Below, piece after piece: positions 27,182-40,300 of a stretch of DNA of 64,000 bases; position 1 is the stretch's first letter; every line of letters begins with the position of its first letter. The notes below the pieces were generated by a model. That model was not told the DNA's origin. It ran no database searches and saw nothing but the letters and a program-made list of their open reading frames with translations. The stretch covers positions 375,100,001 to 375,164,000 of the forward strand of contig OZ024743.1 in assembly GCA_964016885.1 (NCBI GenBank), in the 5' to 3' direction. The position numbers and the translations under genes were made by a program. This DNA comes from Eledone cirrhosa. Lineage: Eukaryota.

Positions 27182-27345
27182 CATACATACATACACACAT
27201 GTACACATGCTATTAGACACATGCATACATGCAGCATACACACAGACATACGCACATACACACATACTCATAGACACATGCATACATACATCATACACAC
27301 ACATGCTCACACAGACACATACAGCACATAACACACACAACTCAA
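26838..27345. repeat. Compound (CA)n/(TA)n microsatellite with internal duplicated blocks
   Basis: CA/TA runs. The block CTCATAGACACATRCATACAT recurs near 26896, 27051, 27211 (variant) and 27267. Confidence 0.9.
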
Positions 27346-27418
27346 TGTAACATTGGTCTGTTGAGCTTCACTTGTTGCTTGCTGCCTGCTTCAAATATTG
27401 TAGAGTTGGGGGGAGGAG

Positions 27419-27920
27419 GATGGTTGTGATGGTGGTGATGGTCGTTGTGGTAGTGGTGGTGGTGGTGGTGATGATGGTTGTGGTTGTGGCGGTGGTGGTG
27501 GTGGTGGTGGTGATGGTGGTGGTGTTGGTGGTGATGGTTGTGGTTATTGTGGTGATGGTGCTGTTGATGGTAGTAGTTGTAGTGATGGTGGTGATCGTCG
27601 TTGTGCTGGTGCTAACGCTGGTGGTGGTGATGATAGTGGTGGTTGGTTGTGGTGGTGGCGGCGGTGGCGGTGGCGGTGACGGTGGTGGTGATGGTGGATG
27701 TGATGGTGTTGGTGTTGGTGGTGGTCGTGGCGGCGGTGGCGGTGGCGGTGACGGTGGTGGTGATGGTGGTGGTGATGGTGTTGGTGTTGGTGGTGGTGGT
27801 GGCGGCGGTGGCGGTGGCGGTGACGGTGGTGGTGATGGTGTTGGTGGTGGTGGTGGCGGCGGTGGCGGTGGCGGTGACGGTGGTGGTGGCGGTGGTGGTG
27901 GTGGTGGTGGCGGTGGTGAG
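27419..27920 (+). repeat. Degenerate (GGT)n trinucleotide repeat
   Basis: GGT/GAT/GGC triplets with three copies of a GGCGGCGGTGGCGGTGGCGGTGACGGT block plus a fourth near 27855. Confidence 0.92.
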
Positions 27921-27995
27921 TGACGGGGTGGGAGGGAGCAGTAATTATTGGTGGTCTCTGCTGCCATACGCCGTCACCATAGTCGAAACATCGCC

Positions 27996-28905
27996 AACCA
28001 CCACCACCACCACCACCACCACTACCGCTGCCATCATCATCATCATCATCATTGCGATCACCAGCAGCACTATCAACTACATCATCATCATCATCATCAT
28101 TACCGCCACCGCCACCGCTAACGTCGTCCATCGGCATCATCCTCTCACTATTACCACCACCATTTGTAATATCATCATCTCCACCACCACCACCACCACC
28201 ACCACCACCACCACCACCACCACCACCACCACCACCACCACCACCACCACCACCATCATCATCATCCTTGTCATTGTAACCGTCCACAACGACCAGAGAC
28301 AGTGAGATATGGAGAAATATCACCACAACCACCACAAATACCATTATCATTATCACCACCACCATCATACCCACCACCACCACCACCACCACCATTATCA
28401 CCACCACCATCATACCCACCACCACCACCACCACCATCATTATCACCACCACCATCATACCCACCACCACCATCATACCCACCACCACCACCACCACCAT
28501 CACCACTACCATCATTATCACCACCACCATCATACCCACCACCACCATCATACCCACCACCACCACCACCACCATCACCACTACCATCATTATCACCACC
28601 ACCATCATACCCACCACCACCACCATCACCACTACCATCATTATCACCACCACCATCATACCCACCACCACCACCATCACCACTACCATCATTATCACCA
28701 CCACCATCATACCCACCACCACCACCATCACCACTACCACCACAATCACCATTATCATTACCACCACCATCATCATCACCAATGTCATCATACCCACCAC
28801 TGCCACCATCCCTACCACCACCACCACCACCACCACTACCACCACCATCAGCACCATCATACCCACCACTACCATCATCCACACCACCACCACCACCACC
28901 ACCAC
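27996..28905 (-). repeat. (ACC)n/(ATC)n repeat, i.e. (GGT)n in the opposite orientation, with a ~51-bp higher-order unit at 28340-28740
   Basis: Pure (ACC)n at about 28181-28255, followed by repeated CCATCATTATCACCACCACCATCATACCCACCACC blocks. Confidence 0.92.
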
Positions 28906-29014
28906 TGTTTGTGACTGTGTTAGCTACTTTCTAAGGTGTTTATGTATGTGCGTATGTATATCTATTGTATGGGTCATACAGATACATACTTACATACATA
29001 TGTTTGGTCAGCAT

Positions 29015-29515
29015 ATCTCTCTCTCTCTCTCTCTCTTACTCTCTCTCTCTCTCTCTCACTCTCTCTCTCTCACTCACTCACACGGTGAGCTGACTCTCTA
29101 AAGTCAGGCCTCCTCCCTCTTTCGTTATCCTTACATAAGTCTTTCTCTCTCTTATTTTCCTCCTCCCTCTCTCTCTCTCACTCTCTATCACGCACACACT
29201 CTCTCTCTTTCTCTCCCTCTCGCACACACACAGTGAGCTTACTCTCTAAAGTCAGCCCTCCCCCTCTTTCGTTATCCTTATATAAGTCACTCTCTCTCTC
29301 CCTAACTCTTTATCTCTCTCCTACTTTCTCCCTCACGCTATCTCTGTTTCTTATTTTCGCCCTCACTTTCTCTCTCTCACTCTTTCCTCCTACTTTCTAT
29401 CCGTCTCCTACCTCAATACGTCTCTTTCTCTCTCTCTCTCCCTTACTCTCTATCTGTATCTTACTCTCTCCATTACCCCCCTCTATCTATCTCTCCTTAC
29501 TCACATTTACTCTAC
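29015..29515. repeat. (CT)n-rich pyrimidine tract containing a ~60-bp imperfect direct repeat
   Basis: GTGAGCT(G/T)ACTCTCTAAAGTCAG...CTCTTTCGTTATCCTTA(C/T)ATAAGTC at about 29085 and 29233. Confidence 0.88.
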
Positions 29516-29570
29516 CACGATGCTGCAAGCTGGCATCGGAAGAAACAAAAAAGGAGTTGGGTACAGATAA

Positions 29571-29708
29571 TGGTGGCTTTGGTGGTGGTGGTGGTGGTGG
29601 TGGTGGTGGTGGTGGTGGTGGTGGGTTGTTGTTGTTGGTGGTGGTGGTGGTGGTGGTGGTGGTGGTGTTGTTGTTGTTATTGGTGGTGGTGGTGGTGGTG
29701 GGTTGTTG

Positions 29709-29740
<32 letters not shown>

Positions 29741-29791
29741 GGTGGTGGTGGTGGTGGTGTTGTTGTTATTGGTGGTGGTGGTGGTGGTGGG

Positions 29792-29838
<47 letters not shown>

Positions 29839-29877
29839 GGTGGTGGTGGTGGTGGGTTGTTGTTGTTGTTGGTGTTG

Positions 29878-29908
<31 letters not shown>

Positions 29909-31331
29909 GTTGTTGTTGTTGGTGGGTTGTTGTTGGTGGTGTTGTTGGTGTTGGTGGTGTTGTTGGTGTTGGTGCTGGTGGTGGTTGTGGTGATGATGGT
30001 GGTGGTGGGGGTGGGTTGTTGTTGGTGTTGGTGCTGGTGCTGGTGGTTGTGGTGGTGGTGGGGTAGTAGTGGTGATGATGATGGTGGTGGTGGTGGTGGT
30101 TGTGGTGGTGGTGGGGTAGTAGTGGGGTTAATGATGGTGGTGGTGGTGGTGGTGGTGGTGGTGGGTTGTTGATGTTGTTGATGTTGTTGATGTTGGTTGT
30201 GGTGGTGGTGGGATAGTAGTGGGGTTAATGATGGTGGTGGTGGTGGGTTGTTGGTGGTGTTGGGGTAGTAGTGGTGATAATGATGGTGGTGGTGGTGGTG
30301 GTGGTGGTGGTGGGTTGTTGGTGGTGATGGTGATGGTATGGTGGGGTAGTAGTGGTGATGATGATGGTGGTGGTGGGGTAGTAGTGGTGATGATGATGAT
30401 GGTGGGGGTGGGTTGTTGTTGGTGGTGGTGGTGGTGGGGTATTAGTGGTGATAATGATGGTGGTGAGGGTGGTGGTGGTGTTGGTGGTGGGTTGCTGGTG
30501 GTGTTGGTGATGGTGGTGGTGCTGGTGGTGGTGGTGGGGTAGTAATGGTGGTAATGATGGTGGTGGTGGTGGTGTTGGTGGTGGGTTGTTGGTGGTGTTG
30601 GTGATGGTGGTGGTGGTGGTGGTTGTGGTGGTGGTGGGATATTAGTTGTGATGATGATGGTGGTGGTGGTGGTGGTTTTTGTGGTGGTGGTGGGGTAGTA
30701 GTGGTGATGATGTTGGTGCTGGTGGTGTTGGTGCTGGCCGTTGTGGTGGTGTTGCTTGTGGTTGTGATGGTTGTGGGATAGTAGTGGTAATGATGGTGGA
30801 GGTGGTGCTGGTGGTGGTGCTGATGGTGGTACTGGTGGTTGTGGGGGTGGTGAGGTAGTAGTGGTGATGATGTTGGTGCTGGTGGTGTTGGTGCTGGCCG
30901 TTGTGGTGGTGTTGCTTGTGGTTGTGATGGTTGTGGGATAGTAGTGGTAATGATGGTGGAGGTGGTGCTGGTGGTGGTGCTGATGGTGGTACTGGTGGTT
31001 GTGGGGGTGGTGAGGTAGTAGTGGTGATGATAATGGTGGAGGTGGTGCTGGTGGTGGTGCTGGTGGTTGTGGTGGTGGTGGGGTAGTAGTGGTGATGTTG
31101 ATGGTGGTGGTGCTGGTGGTTGTGGTGGTGGTGGGGTAGTAGTGGTGATGTTGATGGTGGTGGTGCTGGTGGTGATGATGATGAGATGGAGGTGGTCATC
31201 GTAGTGGTGATGATGGTTGTGATAATGGTGATACTGATGATGATGGTGGTGGTCGACGTCGTAGTGGTGATTATGGTAGTTGTGATTATGGTGATACTGA
31301 TGATGATGGCGGTGGTGATGGTGATTATAAT
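29571..31331 (+). repeat. Compound (GGT)n/(GTT)n/(GAT)n repeat with a 160-bp tandem duplication
   Basis: Triplet runs. The segment starting TGTTGGTGCTGGTGGTGTTGGTGCTGGCCG at 30711 repeats at 30871. Confidence 0.92.
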
Positions 31332-34300
31332 GGTAGTGGTAGTGGTGTTGGTAGTGGTAGTGGTGTTGGTAGTGGTAGTGGTGTTGGTAGTGGTAGTGGT
31401 GTTGGTAGTGGTAGTGGTAGTGGTGTTGGTAGTGGTAGTGGTGTTGGTAGTGGTAGTGGTGTTGGTAGTGGTAGTGGTGTTGGTAGTGGTAGTAGTGTTG
31501 GTAGTGGTAGTGGTGTTGGTAGTGGTAGTGGTGTTGGTAGTGGTTGTGGTGATGGTAGTGGTAGTGGTGTTGGTAGTGGTAGTAGTGTTGGTAGTGGTAG
31601 TGGTGTTGGTAGTGGTAGTGGTGTTGGTAGTGGTTGTGGTGATGGTAGTGGTAGTGGTGTTGGTAGTGGTAGTAGTGTTGGTAGTGGTAGTGGTGTTGGT
31701 AGTGGTAGTGGTGTTGGTAGTGGTTGTGGTGATGGTAGTGGTAGTGGTGTTGGTAGTGGTAGTGGTGTTGGTAGTGGTTGTGGTGATGGTAGTGGTAGTG
31801 GTGTTGGTAGTGGTAGTGGTGTTGGTAGTGGTAGTGGTGTTGGTAGTGGTAGTGGTGTTGGTAGTGGTAGTGGTGTTGGTAGTGGTAGTGGTGTTGGTAG
31901 TGGTAGTGGTGTTGGTAATGGTAGTGGTGTTGGTAGTGGTAGTGGTGTTGGTAGTGGTAGTGGTGTTGGTAGTGGTAGTGGTGTTGGTAATGGTAGTGGT
32001 GTTGGTAGTGGTAGTGGTGTTGGTAATGGTAGTGGTGTTGGTAGTGGTAGTGGTGTTGGTAGTGGTAGTGGTGTTGGTAGTGGTGTTGGTAGTGGTAATG
32101 GTGTTGGTAGTGGTAGTGGTGTTGGTAGTGGTAGTGGTGTTGGTAATGGTAGTGGTGTTGGTAGTGGTAGTGGTGTTGGTAGTGGTAGTGGTGTTGGTAG
32201 TGGTAGTGGTGTTGGTAGTGGTAGTGGTGTTGGTAGTGGTAGTGGTGTTGGTAATGGTAGTGGTGTTGGTAGTGGTAGTGGTGTTGGTAATGGTAGTGGT
32301 GTTGGTAGTGGTAGTGGTGTTGGTAGTGGTAGTGGTGTTGGTAGTGGTGTTGGTAGTGGTAATGGTGTTGGTAGTGGTAGTGGTGTTGGTAGTGGTAGTG
32401 GTGTTGGTAATGGTAGTGGTGTTGGTAGTGGTAGTGGTGTTGGTAGTGGTAGTGGTAGTGGTGTTGGTAGTGGTGTTCGTAGTGGTAATGGTGTTGGTAG
32501 TGGTAGTGGTGTTGGTAGTGGTAGTGGTGTTGGTAGTGGTAGTGGTGTTGGTAATGGTAGTGGTGTTGGTAGTGGTAGTGGTGTTGCTAGTGGTAGTGGT
32601 GTTTGTAGTGGTAGTGGTGTTGGTAGTGGTAGTGGTAGTGGTGTTGGTAGTGGTGTTCGTAGTGGTAATGGTGTTGGTAGTGGTAGTGGTGTTGGTAGTG
32701 GTAGTGGTGTTGGTAGTGGTAGTGGTGTTGGTAATGGTAGTGGTGTTGGTAGTGGTAGTGGTGTTGGTAATGGTAGTGGTGTTTGTAGTGGTAGTGGTGT
32801 TGGTAGTGGTAGTGGTAGTGGTGTTGGTAGTGGTGTTCGTAGTGGTAATGGTGTTGGTAGTGGTAGTGGTGTTGGTAGTGGTAGTGGTGTTGGTAATGGT
32901 AGTGGTGTTGGTAGTGGTAGTGGTGTTGGTAATGGTAGTGGTGTTGGTAGTGGTAGTGGTGTTGGTAATGGTAGTGGTGTTAGTAGTGGTAGTGGTGTTG
33001 GTAGTGGTAGTGGTGTTGGTAGTGGTATTGGTGTTGGTAGTGGTAGTGGTGTTTGTAGTGGTAGTGGTGTTGGTAGTGCCAGTGGTGTTGGTAGTGGTAG
33101 TGGTGTTGGTAGTGGTGTTGGTAGTGGTAGTGGTGTTGGTAGTGGTATTGGTGTTGGTAGTGGTATTGGTGTTTGTAATGGTAGTGGTGTTGGTAGTGGT
33201 AGTGGTGTTGGTAGTGGTACTGGTGTTGGTAGGGGTAGTGGTGTTGGTAGTGGTAGTGGTGTTGGTAGTGGTAGTGGTGTTGGTAATGGTAGTGGTGTTA
33301 GTAGTGGTATTGGTGTTTGTAGTGGTAGTGGTGTTGGTAGTGGTAGTGGTGTTGGTAGTGGTAGTGGTGTTAGTAGTGGTAGTGGTAGTGGTGTTGGTAG
33401 CGGTAGTGGTGTTGGTAGTGGTAGCGGTGTTGGTAGTGGTAGTGGTGTTTGTAGTGGTAGTGGTGTTAGTAGTGGTAGTGGTAGTGGTGTTGGTAGTGGT
33501 GTTGGTAGTGGTAGTGGTAGTGGTAGTGGTAGTGGTGTTTGTAATGGTAGTGGTGTTGGTAGTGGTAGTGGTGTTAGTAGTGGTAGTGGTAGTGGTGTTG
33601 GTAGCGGTAGTGGTGTTGGTAGTGGTAGTGGTGTTTGTAGTGATAGTGGTGTTTGTAGCGGTAGTGGTGTTGGTAGTGGTAGTGGTGTTGGTAGTGGTAG
33701 TGGTAGTGGTGTTGGTAGTGGTAGGGGTGTTGGTAGTGGTAGGGGTGTTAGTAGTGGTAGTGGTAGTGGTGTTGGTAGTGGTGTTGGTAGCGGTAGTGGT
33801 GTTGGTAGTGGTAGTGGTGTTGGTAGTGGTAGGGGTGTTAGTAGTGGTAGTGGTAGTGGTGTTGGTAGCGGTAGTGGTGTTGGTAGTGGTAGTGGTGTTG
33901 GTAGTGGTAGGGGTGTTAGTAGTGGTAGTGGTAGTGGTGTTGGTAGTGGTGTTGGTAGCGGTAGTGGTGTTGGTAGTGGAAGTGGTGTTGGTAGTGGTAG
34001 TGGTGTTGGTAGTGGTAGTGGTGTTGGTAGTGGTAGGGGTGTTAGTAGTGGTAGTGGTAGTGGTGTTGGTAGTGGTGTTGGTAGTGGTAGTGGTGTTGGT
34101 AGTGGTAGTGGTGTTGGTAGTGGTAGTGGTGTTTGTAATGGTAGTGGTGTTGGTAGTGGTAGTGGTAGTGGTGTTGGTAGCGGTAGTGGTGTTGGTAGTG
34201 GTGTTAGTAGTGGTAGTGGTAGTGGTGTTGGTAGCGGTAGTGGTGTTGGTAGTGGTGTTAGTAGTGGTAGTGGTAGTGGTGTTGGTAGCGGTAGTGGTGT

Positions 34301-37300
34301 TGGTAGTGGTGTTAGTAGTGGTAGTGGTAGTGGTGTTGGTAGCGGTAGTGGTGTTGGTAGTGGTAGTGGTGTTTGTAGTGGTAGTGGTGTTAGTAGTGGT
34401 AGTGGTAGTGGTAGTGGTAGTGGTGTTGGTAGTGGTAGTGGTGTTGGTAGTGGTAGTGGTAGTGGTGTTGGTAGCGGTAGTGGTGTTGGTAGTGGTAGTG
34501 GTGTTGGTAGTGGTAGTGGTAGTGGTGTTGGTAGTGGTAGTGGTAGTGGTGTTGGTAGTGGTAGTGGTGTTGGTAGTGGTAGTGGTGTTGGTAATGGTAG
34601 TGGTGTTAGTAGTGGTAGGGGTGTTGGTAATGGTAGTGGTGTTGGTAGCGTAGTGGTGTTGGTAGTGGTAGTGGTGTTGGTAGCGGTAGTGGTGTTTGTA
34701 GTGGTAGTGGTGTTGGTAGTGGTAGTGGTGTTGGTAGTGGTAGTGGTGTTGGTAGTGGTAGTGGTAGTGGTGTTGGTAGTGGTAGTGGTGTTGGTAGTGG
34801 TAGTGGTGTTTGTAGTGGTAGTGGTGTTGGTAGTGGTAGTGGTGTTGGTAGTGGTAGTGGTGTTGGTAGTGGTAGTGGTAGTGGTGTTGGTAGTGGTAGT
34901 GGTGTTGGTAGTGGTAGTGGTGTTGGTAGTGGTAGTGGTAGTGGTGTTGGTAGTGGTAGTGGTGTTGGTAGTGGTAGTGGTGTTGGTAGTGGTAGTGGTA
35001 GTGGTGTTGGTAGTGGTAGTGGTGTTGGTAGTGGTAGTGGTGTTTGTAGTGGTAGTGGTGTTGGTAGTGGTAGTGGTGTTGGTAGTGGTAGTGGTGTTGG
35101 TAGTGGTAGTGGTAGTGGTGTTGGTAGTGGTAGTGGTGTTGGTAGTGGTAGTGGTGTTGGTAGTGGTAGTGGTGTTGGTAGTGGTAGTGGTGTTGGTAAT
35201 GGTAGTGGTGTTGGTAGTGGTAGTGGTGTTGGTAGTGGTAGTGGTGTTGGTAGTGGTAGTGGTAGTGGTGTTGGTAGTGGTAGTGGTGTTGGTAGTGGTA
35301 GTGGTGTTGGTAGTGGTAGTGGTGTTGGTAGTGGTAGTGGTGTTTGTAGTGGTAGTGGTGTTGGTAGTGGTAGTGGTGTTGGTAGTGGTAGTGGTGTTGG
35401 TAGTGGTAGTGGTGTTGGTAGTGGTAGTGGTAGTGGTGTTGGTAGTGGTAGTGGTGTTGGTAGTGGTAGTGGTGTTGGTAGTGGTAGTGGTGTTGGTAGT
35501 GGTAGTGGTGTTGGTAGTGGTAGTGGTAGTGGTGTTGGTAGTGGTAGTGGTGTTGGTAGTGGTAGTGGTGTTGGTAGTGGTAGTGGTGTTGGTAGTGGTA
35601 GTGGTAGTGGTGTTGGTAGTGGTAGTGGTGTTGGTAGTGGTAGTGGTGTTGGTAGTGGTAGTGGTGTTGGTAGTGGTAGTGGTAGTGGTGTTGGTAGTGG
35701 TAGTGGTGTTGGTAGTGGTAGTGGTGTTGGTAGTGGTAGTGGTGTTGGTAGTGGTAGTGGTAGTGGTGTTGGTAGTGGTGTTGGTAGTGGTAGTGGTAGT
35801 GGTGTTGGTAGTGGTAGTGGTGTTGGTAGTGGTAGTGGTAGTGGTAGTGGTGTGGTAGTGGTAGTGGTGTTGGTAGTGGTAGTGGTGTTGGTAGTGGTAG
35901 TGGTGTTGTAGTGGTAGTGGTAGTGGTGTTGGTAGTGGTAGTGGTGTTGGTAGTGGTAGTGGTGTTGGTAGTGGTAGTGGTAGTGGTGTTGGTAGTGGTA
36001 GTGGTGTTGGTAGTGGTAGTGGTGTTGGTAGTGGTAGTGGTGTTGGTAGTGGTAGTGGTGTTGGTAATGGTAGTGGTGTTGGTAGTGGTAGTGGTGTTGG
36101 TAGTGGTAGTGGTGTTGGTAGTGGTAGTGGTGTTGGTAGTGGTAGTGGTGTTGGTAGTGGTAGTGGTAGTGGTGTTGGTAGTGGTAGTGGTGTTAGTAGT
36201 GGTAGTGGTAGTGGTAGTGGTGTTGGTAGTGGTAGTGGTGTTGGTAGCGGTAGTGGTGTTGGTGAGTGGTAGTGGGTGTTGGTAGTGGTAGTGGGTGTTG
36301 GTAGTGGTAGAGGTGTTGGTAGTGGTAGTGGTGTTGGTAGTGGGTAGTGGTGTTGGTAGTGGTAGTGGTGTTGGTAAGTGGTAGTAGTAGTGGTGTTGGT
36401 AGTGGTAGTGGTGTTGGTAGTGGTAGTGGTGTTGGTAGTGGTAGTGGTGTTGGTAATGGTAGTGGTGTTGGTAGTGGTAGTGGTAGTGGTGTTGGTAGTG
36501 GTAGTGGTGTTGGTAGTGGTAGTGGTGTTGGTAGTGGTAGTGGTGTTGGTAGTGGTAGTGGTGTTGGTAGTGGTAGTGGTGTTGGTAATGGTAGTGGTGT
36601 TGGTAGATGGTAGTGGTAGTGGTGTTGGTAGTGGTAGTGGTGTTGGTAGTGGTAGTGGTGTTGGTAGTGGTAGTGGTGTTGGTAGTGGTAGTGGTGTTGG
36701 TAGTGGTAGTGGTGTTGGTAGATGGTTAGTGGTGTTGGTAGTGGTAGTGGTGTTGGTAGTGGTAGTGGTTTTGGTAGTGGTGTTGGTAGTGGTAGTGGTG
36801 TTGGTAGTGGTAGTGGTGTTGGTAGTGGTAGTGGTGTTGGTGTAGTGGTAGTGGTGTTGGTAGTGGTAGTGGTGTTGGTAGTGGTAGTGGTAGTGGAGTT
36901 GGTAGTGGTAGTGGTGTTGGTAGTGGTAGTGGTGTTGGTAGAGGTAGGGGGTAGTGGTGTTGGTAGTGGTAGTGGTGTTGGTAATGGTAGTGGTGTTGGT
37001 AGTGGTAGTGGTGTTGGTAGTGGTAGTGGTGTTGGTAGTGGTGTTGGTAGTGGTAGTGGTGTTGGTAGTGGTAGTGGTGTTGGTAATGGTAGTGGTGTTG
37101 GTAGTGGTAGTGGTGTTGGTAGTGGTAGTGGTGTTGGTAGTGGTAGTGGTGTTGGTAGTGGTAGGGTAGTGGTGTTGGTAGTGGTAGTGGTGTTGGTAGT
37201 GGTAGTGGTGTTGGTAATGGTAGTGGTGTTGGTAGTGGTAGTGGTGTTGGTAGTGGTAGTGGTGTTGGTAGTGGTAGTGGTGTTGGTAGTGGTAGGGGTA

Positions 37301-40300
37301 GTGGTGTTGGTAGTGGTAGTTGGTAATGGTAGTGGTGTTGGTAGTGGTAGTGGTGTTGGTAGTGGTAGTGGTGTTGGTAGTGGTGTTGGTAGTGGTAGTG
37401 GTGGTAGTGGTAGTGGTGTTGGTAGTGGGAGTGGGTGTTGGTAGTGGTAGTGGTGTTGGTAGTGGTAGTGGTGTCGTAGTGGTAGTGGTGTGGTAGTGGT
37501 AGTGGTGTTGGTAGTGGTAGTGGTGTTGGTAGTGGTAGTGGTGTTGGTAGTGGTAGTGGTGTTGGTAGTGGTAGTGGTGTTGGTAGTGGTAGTGGTGTTG
37601 GTAGTGGTAGTGGTGTTGGTAGTGGTAGTGGTGTTGGTAGTGGTAGTGGTGTTGGTAGTGGTAGTGGTGTTGGTAGTGGTAGTGGTGTTGGTAGTGGTAG
37701 TGGTGTTGGTAGTGGTGTTGGTAGTGGTAGTGGTGTTGGTAGTGGTAGTGGTGTTGGTAGTGGTAGTGGTGTGGTGTGGTAGTGGTGTTGGTAGTGGTAG
37801 TGGTGTTGGTAGTGGTAGTGGTGTTGGTAGTGGTAGTGGTGTTGGTAGTGGTAGTGGTGTTGGGTGTTGGTAGTGGGTGTATGGTAGTGGTAGTGGTAGT
37901 GGTGTTGGTAGTGGTAGTGGTGTTGGTAGTGGTAGTGGTGTGGTAGTGGTGTTGAGGTAGTGGTGTTGGTAGTGGTAGTGGTGTTGGTAGTGGTAGTGGT
38001 GTTGGTAGTGGTAGTGGTGTTGGTAGTGGTAAGTGGTGTTGGTAGTGGTAGTGGTGTAGGTAGTGGTAGTGGTGTTGGTAGTGGTAGTGGTGTTGGTAGT
38101 GGTAGTGGTGTTGGTAGTAGGTAGTGGTGTTGGTAATGGTAGTGGTGTTGGTAGTGGTAGTGGTGTTGGTAGTGGTAGTGGTGTTGGTAGTGGTAGTGGT
38201 GTTGGTAGTGGTAGTGGTGTTGGTAGTGGTAGTGGTGTTGGTAGTGGTAGTGGTGTTGGTGTAGTGGTAGTGGTGTTGGTAGTGGAAGTGGTGTTGGTAG
38301 TGGTAGTGGTGTTGGTAGTGGTAGTGGTGTTGGTAGTGGTAGTGGTGTTGGTAGTGGTAGTGTGAGTGGTGTTGGTAGTGGTAGTGGTGTTGGTAGTGGT
38401 AGTGGTGTGGTAGTGGTAAGTTGGTGAGTTGAGTGAGTGGTAGTGGTGTTGGTAGTGGTAGTGGTGTTGGTAGTGGTAGTGGTGTTGGTAAGTGGTAGTG
38501 GTGTTGGTAGTGGTAGTGGTGTTGGTAGTGGTAGTGGTGTTGGTAATGGTAGTGGTGATGGTAGTGGTAGTGGTGTTGGTAGTGGTAGTGGTGTTTGGTA
38601 GTGGTAGTGGTGTTGGTAGTGTAGTGGTGTTGGTAGTGGTAGTGGTGTTGGTAGTGGTAGTGGTGTTGGTAGTGGTAGTGGTGTTGGTAGTGGTAGTGGT
38701 GTTGGTAGTGGTAGTGGTGTTGGTAGTGGTAGTGGTGTTGGTAGTGGTAGTGGTGTTGGTAGTGGTAGTGGTGTTGGTAGTGGAAGTGGTGTTGGTAGTG
38801 GTAGTTGGTGTTGGTAGTGGTAGTGGTTGTTGGTAGTTGGTAGTGGTGTTGGTAAAGTGGTAGTGGTGTTGGTAGTGGTAGTGGTGTTGGTAGTGGTAGT
38901 GGTGTTGGTAGTGGTAGTGGTGTTGGTAGTGGTAGTGGTGTTGGTAGTGGTAGTGGTGTTGGTAGTGGTAGTGGTTGTTGGTAGTGGTAGTGGTGTTGGT
39001 AGTTGGTAGTGGTGTTGGTAGTGGTAGTGGTGTTGGTAGTGGTAGTGGTGTTGGTAGTGGTAGTGGTGTTGGTAGTGGTAGTGGTGTTGGGTAGTGGTAG
39101 TGGTGTTGGTAGTGGTAGTGGTGTTGGTAGTGGTAGTGGTGTTGGTAGTGGTAGTGGTGTTGGTAGTGGTAGTGGTGTTGGTAGTGGTAGTGGTGTTGGT
39201 AGTGGTAGTGGTGTTGGTAGTGGTAGTGGTGTTGGTAGTGGTAGTGGTGTTGGTAGTGGTAGTGGTGTTGGTAGTGGTAGTGGTGTTGGTAGTGGTAGTG
39301 GTGTTGGTAGTGGTAGTGGTGTTGGTAGTGGTAGTGGTGTTGGTAGTGGTAGTGGTGTTGGTAGTGGTAGTGGTGTTGGTAGTGGTAGTGGTGTTGGTAG
39401 TGGTAGTGGTGTTGGTAGTGGTAGTGGTGTTGGTAGTGGTAGTGGTGTTGGTAGTGGTAGTGGTGTTGGTAGATGGTAGTGGTGTTGGTAGTGGTAGTGG
39501 TGTTGGTAGTGGTAGTGGTGTTGGTAGTGGTAGTGGTGTTGGTAGTGGTAGTGCGTGTTGGTTAGTGGTAGTGGTGTTGGTAGTGGTAGTGGTGTTGGTA
39601 GTGGTAGTGGTGTTGGTAGTGGGTAGTGGTGTTGGTAGTGGTAGTGGTGTTGGTAGTGGTAGTAGGTGTTGGTAGTGGTAGTGGTGGTTGTGGTAGTGGT
39701 GTGGAGTGGAGTGGTGTTGGTAGTGGTAGTGGTGTTGGTAGTGGTAGTGGTGTTGGTAGTGGTAGTGGTGTTGGTAGTGGTAGTGGTGTTGGTAGTGGTA
39801 GTGGTGTTGGTAGTGGTAGTGGTGTTGGTAGTGGTAGTGGTGTTGGTAGTGGTAGTGGTGTTGTAGTGGTAGTGGTGTTGGTAGTGGGTAGTGGTGTTGG
39901 TAGTGGTAGTGGTGTTGGTAGTGGAGTGGTGTTGGTAGTGGTAGTGGTGTTGGTAGTGGTAGTGGTGTTGGTAGTGGTAGTGGTGTTGGTAGTGGTAGTA
40001 GTGTTGTAGTGGTAGTGGTAGTGGTGTTGGTAGTGGTAGTGGTGTTGGTAGTGTAGTGGTTGTAGTGGTGTTGGTAGTGGTAGTGGTGTTGGTAGTGGTA
40101 GTGGTGTTGAGTAGTGGTGTTGGTATGGTAGTGGTGTTGGTAGTGGTAGTGGTGTTGGTAGTGGTAGTGGTGTTGGTAGTGGTAGTGGTGTTGGTAGTGG
40201 TAGTGGTGTTGGTAGTGGTAGTGGTGTTGGTAGTGGTAGTGGTGTTGGTAGTGGTAGTGGTTGTTGGTAGTGGTAGTGGGTTGGTAGTGGTAGTGGTGTT

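Noticed and set aside
28302-28934. Extensin-like SPPPSYPPPP or His-rich ORFs
   Set aside because: Derived from (ACC)n repeat. All frames are open, with no signal peptide or splice evidence.
29515-29570. Possible micro-exon after the CT-rich tract (AG...GT)
   Set aside because: Weak splice sites, too short to assign, and no supporting neighbouring exons.
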